Of a stretch of 47,173 bases of DNA, positions 27,044 through 35,749 are shown one piece after another. Source of the stretch: an uncultured Chitinophagaceae bacterium (GTDB lineage Bacteria; Bacteroidota; Bacteroidia; NS11-12g; UBA9320). The position numbers were made by a program, and so were the translations under genes. The stretch is taken from contig CAYZWM010000002.1 of NCBI GenBank assembly GCA_964482155.1, positions 1 to 47,173 of the forward strand. The letters run 5' to 3'. Every line of letters begins with the position of its first letter. Positions within the stretch are counted from its first letter, which is position 1. A model generated the notes under the pieces. It had not been told where the DNA came from, made no database searches, and saw only the letters and a list, made by a program, of their open reading frames with translations.

Positions 27044-27073
27044 ATGTAACGAACGCACTGTAGGTATTGTCTT
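27044..27073 (+). promoter_or_regulatory. ECF-type promoter P2 (ATGTAACGAA-N12-ATTGTCTT) upstream of the Cys-rich lipoprotein gene
   Basis: The 10-nt and 8-nt blocks and the 12-nt spacer length are identical to P1. It ends 21 nt before the ATG at 27095. Confidence 0.6.
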
Positions 27074-27094
27074 CTTATTGAAAACAAAAATCCA

Positions 27095-28078
27095 ATGAAA
27101 GTAAAAGTAAATTCAAATATGAAAAGGGTGTATCTATCCTGGGTTGCATTATTAGGCCTACTGGTTCTATATGGGGGTTGTAAAGATGATGGGGATTTAA
27201 ACTGCGGAATATCGTGCGATAACCTCGGTGTTGTTGTTTACCTGGGAGATGAAGGATGTGTTATTGATGAAGACAGCGCGAAACTGGGAATTCTTGACAA
27301 GGACGGTAATTTGTATGCCGTAGTTTATGATGATACAGGTTTGTTTGAGACCCTGGAATTAAACGATGAATTGAAATTTGGGTTTCAAAAGACCGAACCT
27401 TGCGAGTTTGATGTGAGCGGAAAAGGTGCCATTCAAATTACATGTATTCGATTGCTCTGTGCAACGGTTTGGACGAACCCATGTGAGAAGAGTGAGGCAT
27501 TACCGTATAAACAATATCAAGATTTAACAAGGCCTTCGTACCGTATTTCTAACCTCAAAATGGAAGGGACTGCCGTCAAATTTAACGTGATTTATAGTGG
27601 ATGTGATGCAACTGTAAATATGGAGCTGGTCATAACAGAATTGCCAACTATGGGGCCTATTTCTAACTTTGTGTGTAAGCTGGATTATGAAGAAACTAGC
27701 TGTAAGATGTTGGTAACCAGAGAAATATGTTTCAATTTGGGAGATTTGTCGGGTCGTGGGCACCTGTTTATTGAAACAGAAGACGGTGCTGTAAAAATCA
27801 CAGATGGGAATTCGTCAAGTACTGTCCAAACTGTGGATGCCGAAATCGAATGGACCGGGTCAAGAGATTTAGATGGTTGTGGCTACATGATCCATGTTAG
27901 TGATTCAACCTATAAACCAAGCGATGAAGAGCGTATTGATGCCAACTTTAAAAAAACGTTTGACACAACTCCAATTCGTCTGACCTACGAAAAGTTGAAT
28001 TGTACTACCCCAGGTTGTTTTGGAGGTAATCCAGTCCGTTATACAACATTGAAAGTCTATGGAATCGAAGCCCTTTAG
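27095..28078 (+). CDS. Cys-rich lipoprotein of unknown function (predicted ECF target)
   Basis: Lipobox LYGGC plus 14 further Cys residues. No recognised family. An alternative start is the ATG at 27119. Confidence 0.6.
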   Translation: MKVKVNSNMKRVYLSWVALLGLLVLYGGCKDDGDLNCGISCDNLGVVVYLGDEGCVIDEDSAKLGILDKDGNLYAVVYDDTGLFETLELNDELKFGFQKTEPCEFDVSGKGAIQITCIRLLCATVWTNPCEKSEALPYKQYQDLTRPSYRISNLKMEGTAVKFNVIYSGCDATVNMELVITELPTMGPISNFVCKLDYEETSCKMLVTREICFNLGDLSGRGHLFIETEDGAVKITDGNSSSTVQTVDAEIEWTGSRDLDGCGYMIHVSDSTYKPSDEERIDANFKKTFDTTPIRLTYEKLNCTTPGCFGGNPVRYTTLKVYGIEAL

Positions 28079-28100
28079 GTGCTTCGTAAATATGGACTAT

Positions 28101-28125
28101 AAGGGCTTCATCGAAGCCCTTTTTT
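28101..28125 (+). terminator. Rho-independent terminator
   Basis: A 9-bp stem AAGGGCTTC/GAAGCCCTT with a 3-nt loop, followed by a T-run (28120-28125). Confidence 0.7.
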
Positions 28126-28276
28126 GTTACAATTAAGCACAAACGATGAGTCATCAATTGAGAAATAGACCGTTTTTTTGATGTGTTCTTGCCCCATCTA
28201 TTTGTGTTAAAACAACGTGGATTTCGCGGCATTAAAAAGAAGCTATTTCGAGTGAATAAAACGTTGGAGGTTTGTT

Positions 28277-28284
28277 TACCTTTG
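28277..28284 (+). promoter_or_regulatory. -7 box TACCTTTG upstream of prfA
   Basis: Exact TAnnTTTG match, 10 nt before the ATG at 28295. Confidence 0.4.
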
Positions 28285-28294
28285 CCGCCATCTT

Positions 28295-29371
28295 ATGCTC
28301 GAGAAGTTAGAATCCATTTATCAACGATATTTACAGGTTGAAACTCAATTGAGTGACCCAGATATATTTTCTGACGTCAAAAGATTCAATGCGTTAAATC
28401 GAGAATACGGCGATTTGAAAGAAATCGTAGCCATTTATCATAAATATAAAAAGCTGGTCATTAACCTTGATGAGGCGAAAGGCATTCTAAAGAATGAATC
28501 GGATGCTGAGCTTAAGGAAATGGCCAAAATGGAGCTTGACGAACTTTCAGGGCTAAAAGAGCCGATGGAAGAAAAGATCAAGTTCTTACTTATTCCTAAA
28601 GACCCAGACGATAACAAAAATGCGATTGTTGAAATTCGTTCCGGTATCGGTGGAGATGAAGCGAGCATATTTGCAGGAGACCTATACCGAATGTATGAGC
28701 GGTTTTGCCAGAACAAAAAATGGAAAACCGAAGTGATTGAATTGATGGAGGGTAGCGCAGGAGGTTTTAATAAGATTGTTTTTGAAGTTACGGGAGAAAA
28801 TGTATATGGCATTCTGAAATTTGAGAGTGGTGTACACCGTGTTCAACGCGTACCGAATACTGAATCTCAGGGTAGGGTTCATACCAGTGCAGCAACAGTT
28901 GCCGTTTTACCAGAAGCCGAAGAGGTAGACGTCGATTTGAACATGGGCGATGTACGAAGAGATACTTTTCGAGCGTCTGGAGCAGGGGGACAACACGTAA
29001 ACAAAACGGAATCTGCTATTCGTCTTACACATCTTCCCACAGGAATTGTTGTTGAATGTCAGGACGGAAGATCGCAGCACCAAAATTATGATAAAGCGTT
29101 GACCGTTTTAAGAACACGGATTTACGAACGCGAATTGGCAGCACGCAATCAAAAAATAGCTGCAGAAAGACGTTCACTGGTCTCTACCGGAGATCGTTCA
29201 GCAAAAATAAGAACCTATAACTTTCCTCAAAGCCGAATGACAGATCATCGTATTGGACTAACCACGTATAATTTGTCCGAAATCTTGGGAGGCGAGATTC
29301 AAGATATTATCGACCAACTTCAAATAGCCGAGAACACAGAAAAACTAAAAGCAGGTGGTATAGAAGACTAA
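28295..29371 (+). CDS. prfA: Peptide chain release factor 1
   Basis: GGQ motif (SGAGGQHVNKTESAIRLTHLPTG). RF1-type PxT tripeptide (RVPNTESQGRVHTSAATV). Length 358 aa. Confidence 0.9.
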   Translation: MLEKLESIYQRYLQVETQLSDPDIFSDVKRFNALNREYGDLKEIVAIYHKYKKLVINLDEAKGILKNESDAELKEMAKMELDELSGLKEPMEEKIKFLLIPKDPDDNKNAIVEIRSGIGGDEASIFAGDLYRMYERFCQNKKWKTEVIELMEGSAGGFNKIVFEVTGENVYGILKFESGVHRVQRVPNTESQGRVHTSAATVAVLPEAEEVDVDLNMGDVRRDTFRASGAGGQHVNKTESAIRLTHLPTGIVVECQDGRSQHQNYDKALTVLRTRIYERELAARNQKIAAERRSLVSTGDRSAKIRTYNFPQSRMTDHRIGLTTYNLSEILGGEIQDIIDQLQIAENTEKLKAGGIED

Positions 29372-29431
29372 CTGTTTATAATTTGTTTGTACTAAAGAAA
29401 TATCTGCTTCACACACCGTTCATCAGCAAAG

Positions 29432-29439
29432 TATATTTG
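29432..29439 (+). promoter_or_regulatory. -7 box TATATTTG upstream of the GSIII gene
   Basis: Exact TAnnTTTG match, 44 nt upstream of the ATG at 29484. Confidence 0.35.
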
Positions 29440-29483
29440 TCCTATCCAATCCGCATAAATACTTCTTCAAATTCAGAAATAGA

Positions 29484-31658
29484 ATGAGATTTAAAGCATT
29501 AGAAATTGCCCAATCCCGTAAACCAATCAAGGTAACGCACGATTTCTCCTCCGTTCAAGAAATGTACGCTTGCAACGTCTTTAATGACGAGTCGATGCAA
29601 GCCAACCTTGACAAAGACACCTACAAATCACTTAAAGCATCCATAAAGGATGGTACTAAAATCAGTCGGGAAACAGCTTCTCAGATTGCGCTTGGTATGA
29701 AAGCGTGGGCTATGGACAGAGGGGTAACCCATTATACCCACTGGTTTCAACCGTTAACAGGAACGACGGCAGAAAAGCACGATTCTTTTTTCGAACCAGA
29801 TGGAGAGAGAGCAGTTTCTAAATTCAGCGGAAATGCCTTGGTTCAACAAGAACCAGACGCGTCAAGTTTGCCAAGTGGTGGACTAAGAAATACGTTTGAA
29901 GCGAGAGGATATACAGCATGGGACCCGTCTTCACCGGCATTTATATATGAAAACACAAGTGGTAAAACCTTGTGTATACCCACCGTATTCGTTTCGTATA
30001 CAGGGGAAGCTCTTGATTATAAAGCACCGTTGCTTAAATCCATCAGTTTATTGGGAACAGCAGCCAAAGACGTATGTAGCTACTTTTATTCCGATGTAAA
30101 GAGCGTATCCGCTTCGTTAGGTGTGGAACAAGAATATTTTTTGGTAGACAAAGCGTTGTTTAATCAACGTCCAGATTTGGTTATGTGTGGAAGAACCTTA
30201 TTTGGGTTGTCGGCCGCTAAGAATCAACAAATGGATGATCATTACTTTGGTTCGATTCCGGATCGGGTATTCAATTACATGGTTGAATTTGAGACCGAAG
30301 CGTTGAAACTTGGAATTCCGGTACGAACTCGTCACAATGAAGTGGCTCCTGGTCAATATGAATGTGCCCCACAGTATGAAGAAATCAACTTAGCTGTAGA
30401 TCACAATCAATTGCTGATGGACTTGATGGACGAAGTTGGTAATCGACATGGATTTAAGGTTTTATTTCATGAAAAACCATTTGGTGGTATGAACGGAAGT
30501 GGGAAACACAACAACTGGTCGTTGTTGACTGATACAGGTATTAACCTGTTGTCGCCAGGTAACAACCCATTGTCGAGTTTGAGTTTCCTAACGTTTTTTG
30601 TTAATACAATAAAGGCGTTTCACGATCACGCAGATTTACTAAGAGCAAGTATTGCTTCTGCGTCAAACGATCATCGATTGGGGGCAAATGAAGCACCACC
30701 AGCTATCATGTCTATTTTTATTGGTTCAACGTTAACGAATGTCTTAAAAGACCTGGAAAATAATGTGAAAGCCAAAAAGGGCAAAACCGCAGATAAAACG
30801 ATATCAATTGCTCAGATCCCGGAAATACTGGTCGACAACACAGATAGAAACCGAACGTCTCCATTTGCGTTTACAGGAAATAAATTTGAATTGAGAGCCG
30901 TTGGCTCGTCCAAAAGTTGCGCTTCGCCAATGATGGTGCTGAATACTGCTGTGGCTAATCAACTTATGGAGTTCAAACAGGAAGTAGATGCGCTCATCAA
31001 AGACAAAAAGGTAAAGAAAAATGACGCTATCTTGTCTGTGCTGAAAGGCTATCTAAAATCATCTAAGCGGGTCTTATTTGAAGGGAATGGATACGGCGAA
31101 GAATGGGTAAAAGAAGCAGAAAAGAGAGGTTTGTCTAATCTTAGGGATACGCCATCAGCATTAACGGCATATGCGAGTGATAAAACCATTAAGATGATGG
31201 GTGACCTGGGAATTTTTACCAAAGAAGAATTGAAGGCTCGATACCATGTTGAATTGGAAGATTACGTTAAGAAGGTTCAAATTGAAGGCCGTATCATTGT
31301 TGATATGACGTACACGTTTATCATGCCAGCAGCTATTAAGTATCAAAAGATTTTGGCGGATAACGTAGTTGCCTTGAAGAATGCTGGGATGTCAAAATCT
31401 CAAATCGAGGGACCAATGCACGTGTTGGAGGAAATTTCTGGTCATATTAACTTGCTCAAATCGAAAGTTGACGAAATGGTGGAAGCTAGACGGAAGGCCA
31501 ACAAAATAAAAGATGTAGTGAAACAAGCAAAGACCTACAGCAATAAAGTGAATTCGGAGTTTGAATCAATCAGGTACCATGCCGACAAGCTAGAACGATT
31601 GGTAGATGACTCCCTTTGGACGATTCCAAAATACAGAGAATTGTTACACATCAAATAG
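29484..31658 (+). CDS. glnN: Glutamine synthetase type III
   Basis: 724 aa. The N-terminal pattern (MRFKALE...VTHYTHWFQPLTG), NEVAPGQYE and FHEKPFGGMNGSGKHNNWS are typical of GSIII as found in Bacteroidota. Confidence 0.85.
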   Translation: MRFKALEIAQSRKPIKVTHDFSSVQEMYACNVFNDESMQANLDKDTYKSLKASIKDGTKISRETASQIALGMKAWAMDRGVTHYTHWFQPLTGTTAEKHDSFFEPDGERAVSKFSGNALVQQEPDASSLPSGGLRNTFEARGYTAWDPSSPAFIYENTSGKTLCIPTVFVSYTGEALDYKAPLLKSISLLGTAAKDVCSYFYSDVKSVSASLGVEQEYFLVDKALFNQRPDLVMCGRTLFGLSAAKNQQMDDHYFGSIPDRVFNYMVEFETEALKLGIPVRTRHNEVAPGQYECAPQYEEINLAVDHNQLLMDLMDEVGNRHGFKVLFHEKPFGGMNGSGKHNNWSLLTDTGINLLSPGNNPLSSLSFLTFFVNTIKAFHDHADLLRASIASASNDHRLGANEAPPAIMSIFIGSTLTNVLKDLENNVKAKKGKTADKTISIAQIPEILVDNTDRNRTSPFAFTGNKFELRAVGSSKSCASPMMVLNTAVANQLMEFKQEVDALIKDKKVKKNDAILSVLKGYLKSSKRVLFEGNGYGEEWVKEAEKRGLSNLRDTPSALTAYASDKTIKMMGDLGIFTKEELKARYHVELEDYVKKVQIEGRIIVDMTYTFIMPAAIKYQKILADNVVALKNAGMSKSQIEGPMHVLEEISGHINLLKSKVDEMVEARRKANKIKDVVKQAKTYSNKVNSEFESIRYHADKLERLVDDSLWTIPKYRELLHIK

Positions 31659-31685
31659 AGGATAAATCACATCATTTATATACAA

Positions 31686-31718
31686 GCCTTTCTGAGAAAA
31701 TCAGAGGGGCTTTTTTTT
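31686..31718 (+). terminator. Rho-independent terminator
   Basis: A 10-bp stem GCCTTTCTGA/TCAGAGGGGC (two G-U pairs) with a 5-nt loop, followed by T8. Confidence 0.7.
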
Positions 31719-31863
31719 GACTCACCCAACCCTTTGTATCCCTTGTGCGTCAAGCAATTGATAAAAGTTAGTTATAACCAAATTCGCTTTTTCATTTCAA
31801 GAAACTTTATTTGGAAATGGGATGAAATATGTTGATTTTTGGCAATTAGTACTATTCGATAAA

Positions 31864-31871
31864 TACGTTTG
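31864..31871 (+). promoter_or_regulatory. -7 box TACGTTTG, 3 nt upstream of the ATG of the OmpA-family gene
   Basis: Exact TAnnTTTG match. It overlaps the track's TTG start (31869), which argues for the ATG at 31875 and a leaderless-type mRNA. Confidence 0.4.
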
Positions 31872-31874
31872 AAA

Positions 31875-34439
31875 ATGAATCGTTGGAACAGAATTTTAGC
31901 CCTTTGGGCGTTTGCAATTTCGCTTATACTTACGGGTTGTAAAGCAAGCTTGTCTGAAGCAAACAAAAACTATGACTTGCACCAATATGCTGTGGCTGCA
32001 GACATGTACGAACAGGTCATTAAGGATCCGGAGTTAACCAAGGAACAAAAGCAGGATATTGCTTTTAAAGCTGGTGAAGCCTACCGACACAATCACAACA
32101 GTAAGCGAGCACTAAAAATGTATGCCAAAGCGATTAAATACGGTCGCAAAGATGCATTGGCAGTCATTCGAGAAGCTGAAATGTACATGGAGCAAGGTAT
32201 TTATACTGAAGCCCTCACCAAATTAAAGGCCTATAAAAAGGCAAATCCGGGAGACCCAGTAGTCGACAAGCGAATTGCTGGATGCGAACTTGCCCTAAAA
32301 TGTGGTGACAAAAAAACGAGATACATCATTGAGAATTTCAAGATAGCTAATAAGTCAAAAGTGGACGATATGGTGCCACGGTATGCGGATCGAAAGCATA
32401 AAACGATCATGTTTACTTCTGACCGGGAAGATGGTGCCAGCAACAAACAATTCAAATGGACTGGAAGAAGATATGGTGATTTCTGGCAAGTCGAATTAAA
32501 AGGACGGAGAGGGAAACTAAAGTGGAGCACACCTGTTTTTGTTGAAGGTTTTACGGAATTCTTTGATGGGGCAGCAGCGGTTGATGCTCGATATTCAACT
32601 ATGTACTTTACACAATGTAATGGACTTGAAGGAAAGGATACCACCTGTAAGATTTATCAGGCTAAGAAAAGAGGAAATGCCTGGGAAGTAAATCCAGAGC
32701 CATTGCCTTTCTGCGGAGATACCTACGATTGCGGTCATCCAGCCTTGTCTCCAGATGGAACGAAGCTCTATTTTGTGAGCGACATGGAAGGTAGTTACCA
32801 GGATGAAGGAAAAGAACCGAGAGAACGTACCAGTGATTTATATGTAGTGAATTATGTTCGAAGAGGTAAAACCTGGGGTGAGCCGATTAACCTTGGACCT
32901 ACGATCAATACCACTGGAGATGAAAAGTTCCCCTACGTGCATGAAGACGGTACCCTTTATTTCTCTTCCGATGGACATGTGACTCTTGGGGGTATGGATA
33001 TAATGCATACCACGCAATTGAGCGAAAGCCCTACAGACTGGGAAGACCCAATTAATATGGGTTGTCCGGTCAATTCAAAAGGAGACGATTTTGGTATTAT
33101 GCTCGATAAAGATAAAGAGCATGGATTCTTTTCATCCGATCGAAGCAGAGGAGATGATGATATTTATGAGTTTACAATGACTCCTATTATTCTTTTACTC
33201 TCTGGTACCGTAACCGATTGTGATAACACACTTCCATTGGAGAAGGTATTGGTAGAGATTAGTAATGATCAGGACTCAACTAAAATAAAATTGTATACCG
33301 ACACCAGAGGGTTCTACGAAACACCCTTGAAACTAGGTGTTAACTACGAAATTAGAGTGTCGAAAAGAGAAGATTACTTTTACGATGCGAAGCCAAAAAC
33401 AGTGTCTACAGTAGGGTTAGATCAGAGCGCCTCATATATAAAGGATTTCTGTCTCAAAAATCAGTGTAACGATGTATTCGTTTTACCGATCTACTACGGT
33501 TTAGACAGTGCCTTCCTTAGATCTGAGAGTAGACGTGTATTGGACGGGCTGATCTCAACGTTGAAGCAATATCCTAAGATGAGTGTTGAACTTGGATCGC
33601 ATACAGATTGTAGGGCATCTTTCGAGTACAACAGAGAACTTTCTCAACGACGAGCAGATTCGGCGGTTGCCTATATTCTTAAAAGTGGTATCAATCCGTT
33701 CCGATTGGAAGCAAGGGGTTACGGAGAGTCACAGCTCACCAACCATTGTGCGTGTGAAGGGACTGAAGTCGTGCCTTGTACCGAAGAAGAACATCAAGAA
33801 AACAGACGTACAACAGTAAAAGTTGTGAACTGTAAATACGTGTTTAAATGGAGTAATCCTGAAGTACAGGATACGAATCGAATTGCGATGGGTGATTCGG
33901 TTATCTATAGTAAGGTAATCATTCAGGCACGAAAAGACTACATTAAGAACCACGGAAGCGAGTACGAGAAAGTTGCTAAAAAAATTGAATCAGATCGAAA
34001 AGAAGCTGAAGACAAAGCAGAGAAACTTAGATTGGCTGCGTTGTACGACGTTATTCCAGTAGTTCAGAATAGAGATAAATTTTACCTCACAGGAAGTGTA
34101 GGGCGTAAGCGGCTCAAATTGCTGTACGACCCAGATGGTTCACGTGTGGAGATTCCACAAAATACGGTCGAGCTTCTATTAAAAGCAGGAACACTTTCAG
34201 TATCTGACTTCTCTGATGGGAATAAGAAAATTAAATTAAAAGACGGTACGAAGTTGACCAGTACGTCCTTTAAAATTAAGGAACTTAAATTGGATGGAGT
34301 GACTCTAACACGAGTACGTTGTAAAATGGTGGATATTGGGAAGCCAACCAAGATTGGTGAGGGACTATTTTTGAGAAAGTACATTAATGCAGAAATTAAA
34401 GATGGCAAACTGTACCTGACCAAAGACCCACAGGATTAA
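31875..34439 (+). CDS. Multidomain OmpA-family lipoprotein: TPR, TolB-like beta-propeller (PD40), carboxypeptidase-regulatory-like domain, OmpA C-terminal peptidoglycan-binding domain, plus a ~200-aa extra C-terminal extension
   Basis: Lipobox LILTGC. TPR-like N-terminus. PD40-type repeats (YPALSPDGTKLYFVSD, FPYVHEDGTLYFSSD, GFFSSDR). OmpA-like segment (LPIYYGLDSAFLRSES...VELGSHTDCRASFEYNRELSQRRADSAVAYIL...GYGES). Confidence 0.8.
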   Translation: MNRWNRILALWAFAISLILTGCKASLSEANKNYDLHQYAVAADMYEQVIKDPELTKEQKQDIAFKAGEAYRHNHNSKRALKMYAKAIKYGRKDALAVIREAEMYMEQGIYTEALTKLKAYKKANPGDPVVDKRIAGCELALKCGDKKTRYIIENFKIANKSKVDDMVPRYADRKHKTIMFTSDREDGASNKQFKWTGRRYGDFWQVELKGRRGKLKWSTPVFVEGFTEFFDGAAAVDARYSTMYFTQCNGLEGKDTTCKIYQAKKRGNAWEVNPEPLPFCGDTYDCGHPALSPDGTKLYFVSDMEGSYQDEGKEPRERTSDLYVVNYVRRGKTWGEPINLGPTINTTGDEKFPYVHEDGTLYFSSDGHVTLGGMDIMHTTQLSESPTDWEDPINMGCPVNSKGDDFGIMLDKDKEHGFFSSDRSRGDDDIYEFTMTPIILLLSGTVTDCDNTLPLEKVLVEISNDQDSTKIKLYTDTRGFYETPLKLGVNYEIRVSKREDYFYDAKPKTVSTVGLDQSASYIKDFCLKNQCNDVFVLPIYYGLDSAFLRSESRRVLDGLISTLKQYPKMSVELGSHTDCRASFEYNRELSQRRADSAVAYILKSGINPFRLEARGYGESQLTNHCACEGTEVVPCTEEEHQENRRTTVKVVNCKYVFKWSNPEVQDTNRIAMGDSVIYSKVIIQARKDYIKNHGSEYEKVAKKIESDRKEAEDKAEKLRLAALYDVIPVVQNRDKFYLTGSVGRKRLKLLYDPDGSRVEIPQNTVELLLKAGTLSVSDFSDGNKKIKLKDGTKLTSTSFKIKELKLDGVTLTRVRCKMVDIGKPTKIGEGLFLRKYINAEIKDGKLYLTKDPQD

Positions 34440-34460
34440 AAAAATAGAATCGATTTATAG

Positions 34461-34495
34461 AAGCCCATTCGTTGAAAGACGAATGGGCTTTTTTT
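34461..34495 (+). terminator. Rho-independent terminator
   Basis: A 12-bp perfect stem AAGCCCATTCGT/ACGAATGGGCTT with a 6-nt loop, followed by a T-run. Confidence 0.8.
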
Positions 34496-34553
34496 ATGGT
34501 CTGACGCGTAAGAATAGTCAAAAATGGCACTGTTGAAATTTCGTAATCCAGCG

Positions 34554-34561
34554 TATCTTTG
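34554..34561 (+). promoter_or_regulatory. -7 box TATCTTTG with a TTG (-33) 18 nt upstream, in front of purM
   Basis: TTG at 34533-34535 and TATCTTTG at 34554-34561. The ATG is at 34579. Confidence 0.5.
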
Positions 34562-34578
34562 CACTATAAATTCAGTTC

Positions 34579-35748
34579 ATGAGTCGGTATTCAAAGCGCG
34601 GTGTAAGTTCTAAGAAAGAAGATGTGCATAAGGCCATATCTAATTTAGATAAAGGGTTATATCCAAATGCATTTTGCAAAATAATTCCAGATTATTTGGG
34701 AGGCGATGATGCCTATTGTAACATTATGCACGCGGATGGTGCAGGAACAAAGTCATCCCTGGCTTATGTATATTGGAAGGAAACAGGGGATTTAAGCGTT
34801 TGGAAGGGCATTGCCCAGGATGCCATTGTAATGAACCTTGATGATCTCTTGTGTGTTGGGGTAACGGACAATTTTCTATTGAGCTCTACCATAGGTCGAA
34901 ACAAAAACAAGGTTCCCGGTGAGGTGATTTCAGCCATCATTAATGGGACCAATTCCTTTATTGAAGAAATGGCTGAACACGGCATATCCATTATTCAAAC
35001 TGGTGGGGAAACGGCTGACGTTGGAGATCTTGTAAGAACCATTATCGTAGACAGTACGGTAACAGCAAGAGCCAAGAGAAATGACATTATCGAAAACAAC
35101 ATAAAGTCGGACGACGTAATTGTTGGTTTGGCTTCACATGGTCAGGCCAATTACGAGACGTTTTATAACGCCGGTATGGGCAGTAATGGACTTACCTCTG
35201 CAAGACATGATATTTTTAAGTCGGATTATAGAAGTAAATATCCGGAGAGTTTTGATCCGCAAATCGATGTTGACCTGACTTATTCAGGGTCGTTCGGTTT
35301 GACCGATACGGTGACAGATATGCCTGTAGATATGGGAAAAGCTGTCCTGTCTCCGACGCGTACATATGCGCCTGTGATGCATAAAATACTGTCGGAATAT
35401 AGAAGTGAGATTAATGGTGTGGTACACTGCTCAGGTGGTGCTCAAACCAAGGTATTGAGGTTTATTAAGAACACCCGGGTAATCAAAGACAACCTGATGC
35501 CGATACCACCTTTGTTTAACTATATCCAACAACAATCAGGAAGCGATATGCGTGAAATGATGGAAGTGTTTAACATGGGACATCGATTGGAGTTGTATAT
35601 GAATGAAAATAGGGCCCACGAGGTGATCGATTTGGTTAAAGGCTTTGGTATTGACGCTCAAATTATTGGTCGTTGTGAACCTACCGAGGGCCAAAAACTT
35701 GACATCACACATGGTGGGGAGACAGTAAATTGGGACTTTTCAGAATAA
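34579..35748 (+). CDS. purM: Phosphoribosylformylglycinamidine cyclo-ligase (AIR synthase), long Bacteroidota form
   Basis: The N-terminus MSRYSKRGVSSKKEDVHKAISNLDKGLYPNAFCKIIPD, MHADGAGTKS and the PurM-type C-terminal domain. Confidence 0.75.
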   Translation: MSRYSKRGVSSKKEDVHKAISNLDKGLYPNAFCKIIPDYLGGDDAYCNIMHADGAGTKSSLAYVYWKETGDLSVWKGIAQDAIVMNLDDLLCVGVTDNFLLSSTIGRNKNKVPGEVISAIINGTNSFIEEMAEHGISIIQTGGETADVGDLVRTIIVDSTVTARAKRNDIIENNIKSDDVIVGLASHGQANYETFYNAGMGSNGLTSARHDIFKSDYRSKYPESFDPQIDVDLTYSGSFGLTDTVTDMPVDMGKAVLSPTRTYAPVMHKILSEYRSEINGVVHCSGGAQTKVLRFIKNTRVIKDNLMPIPPLFNYIQQQSGSDMREMMEVFNMGHRLELYMNENRAHEVIDLVKGFGIDAQIIGRCEPTEGQKLDITHGGETVNWDFSE

Positions 35749-35749
35749 C

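Noticed and set aside
28005-28232. A 75-aa minus-strand ORF spanning the lipoprotein 3' end and the intergenic region before prfA.
   Set aside because: It runs straight through the plus-strand terminator hairpin, overlaps the end of the upstream CDS, and has no recognisable features.
28853-28861. RF1 carries P-N-T where the textbook stop-codon recognition tripeptide is P-A-T or P-V-T, which could hint at altered stop-codon recognition.
   Set aside because: The motif is defined as PxT and the middle residue varies between phyla. TAA, TAG and TGA stops are all used normally in this window.
32231-32644. ORFs of 60-137 aa on the strand opposite to long genes. Examples: 32231-32644, 36223-36570, 40541-40924, 42880-43194, 28438-28812, 34082-34423, 10527-10850, 25200-25544, 3787-4047, 4861-5130 and 5904-6098.
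   Set aside because: All are embedded in, and antisense or out of frame to, genes with clear family signatures. They have no signal sequence, motif or promoter of their own, so I treat them as spurious.
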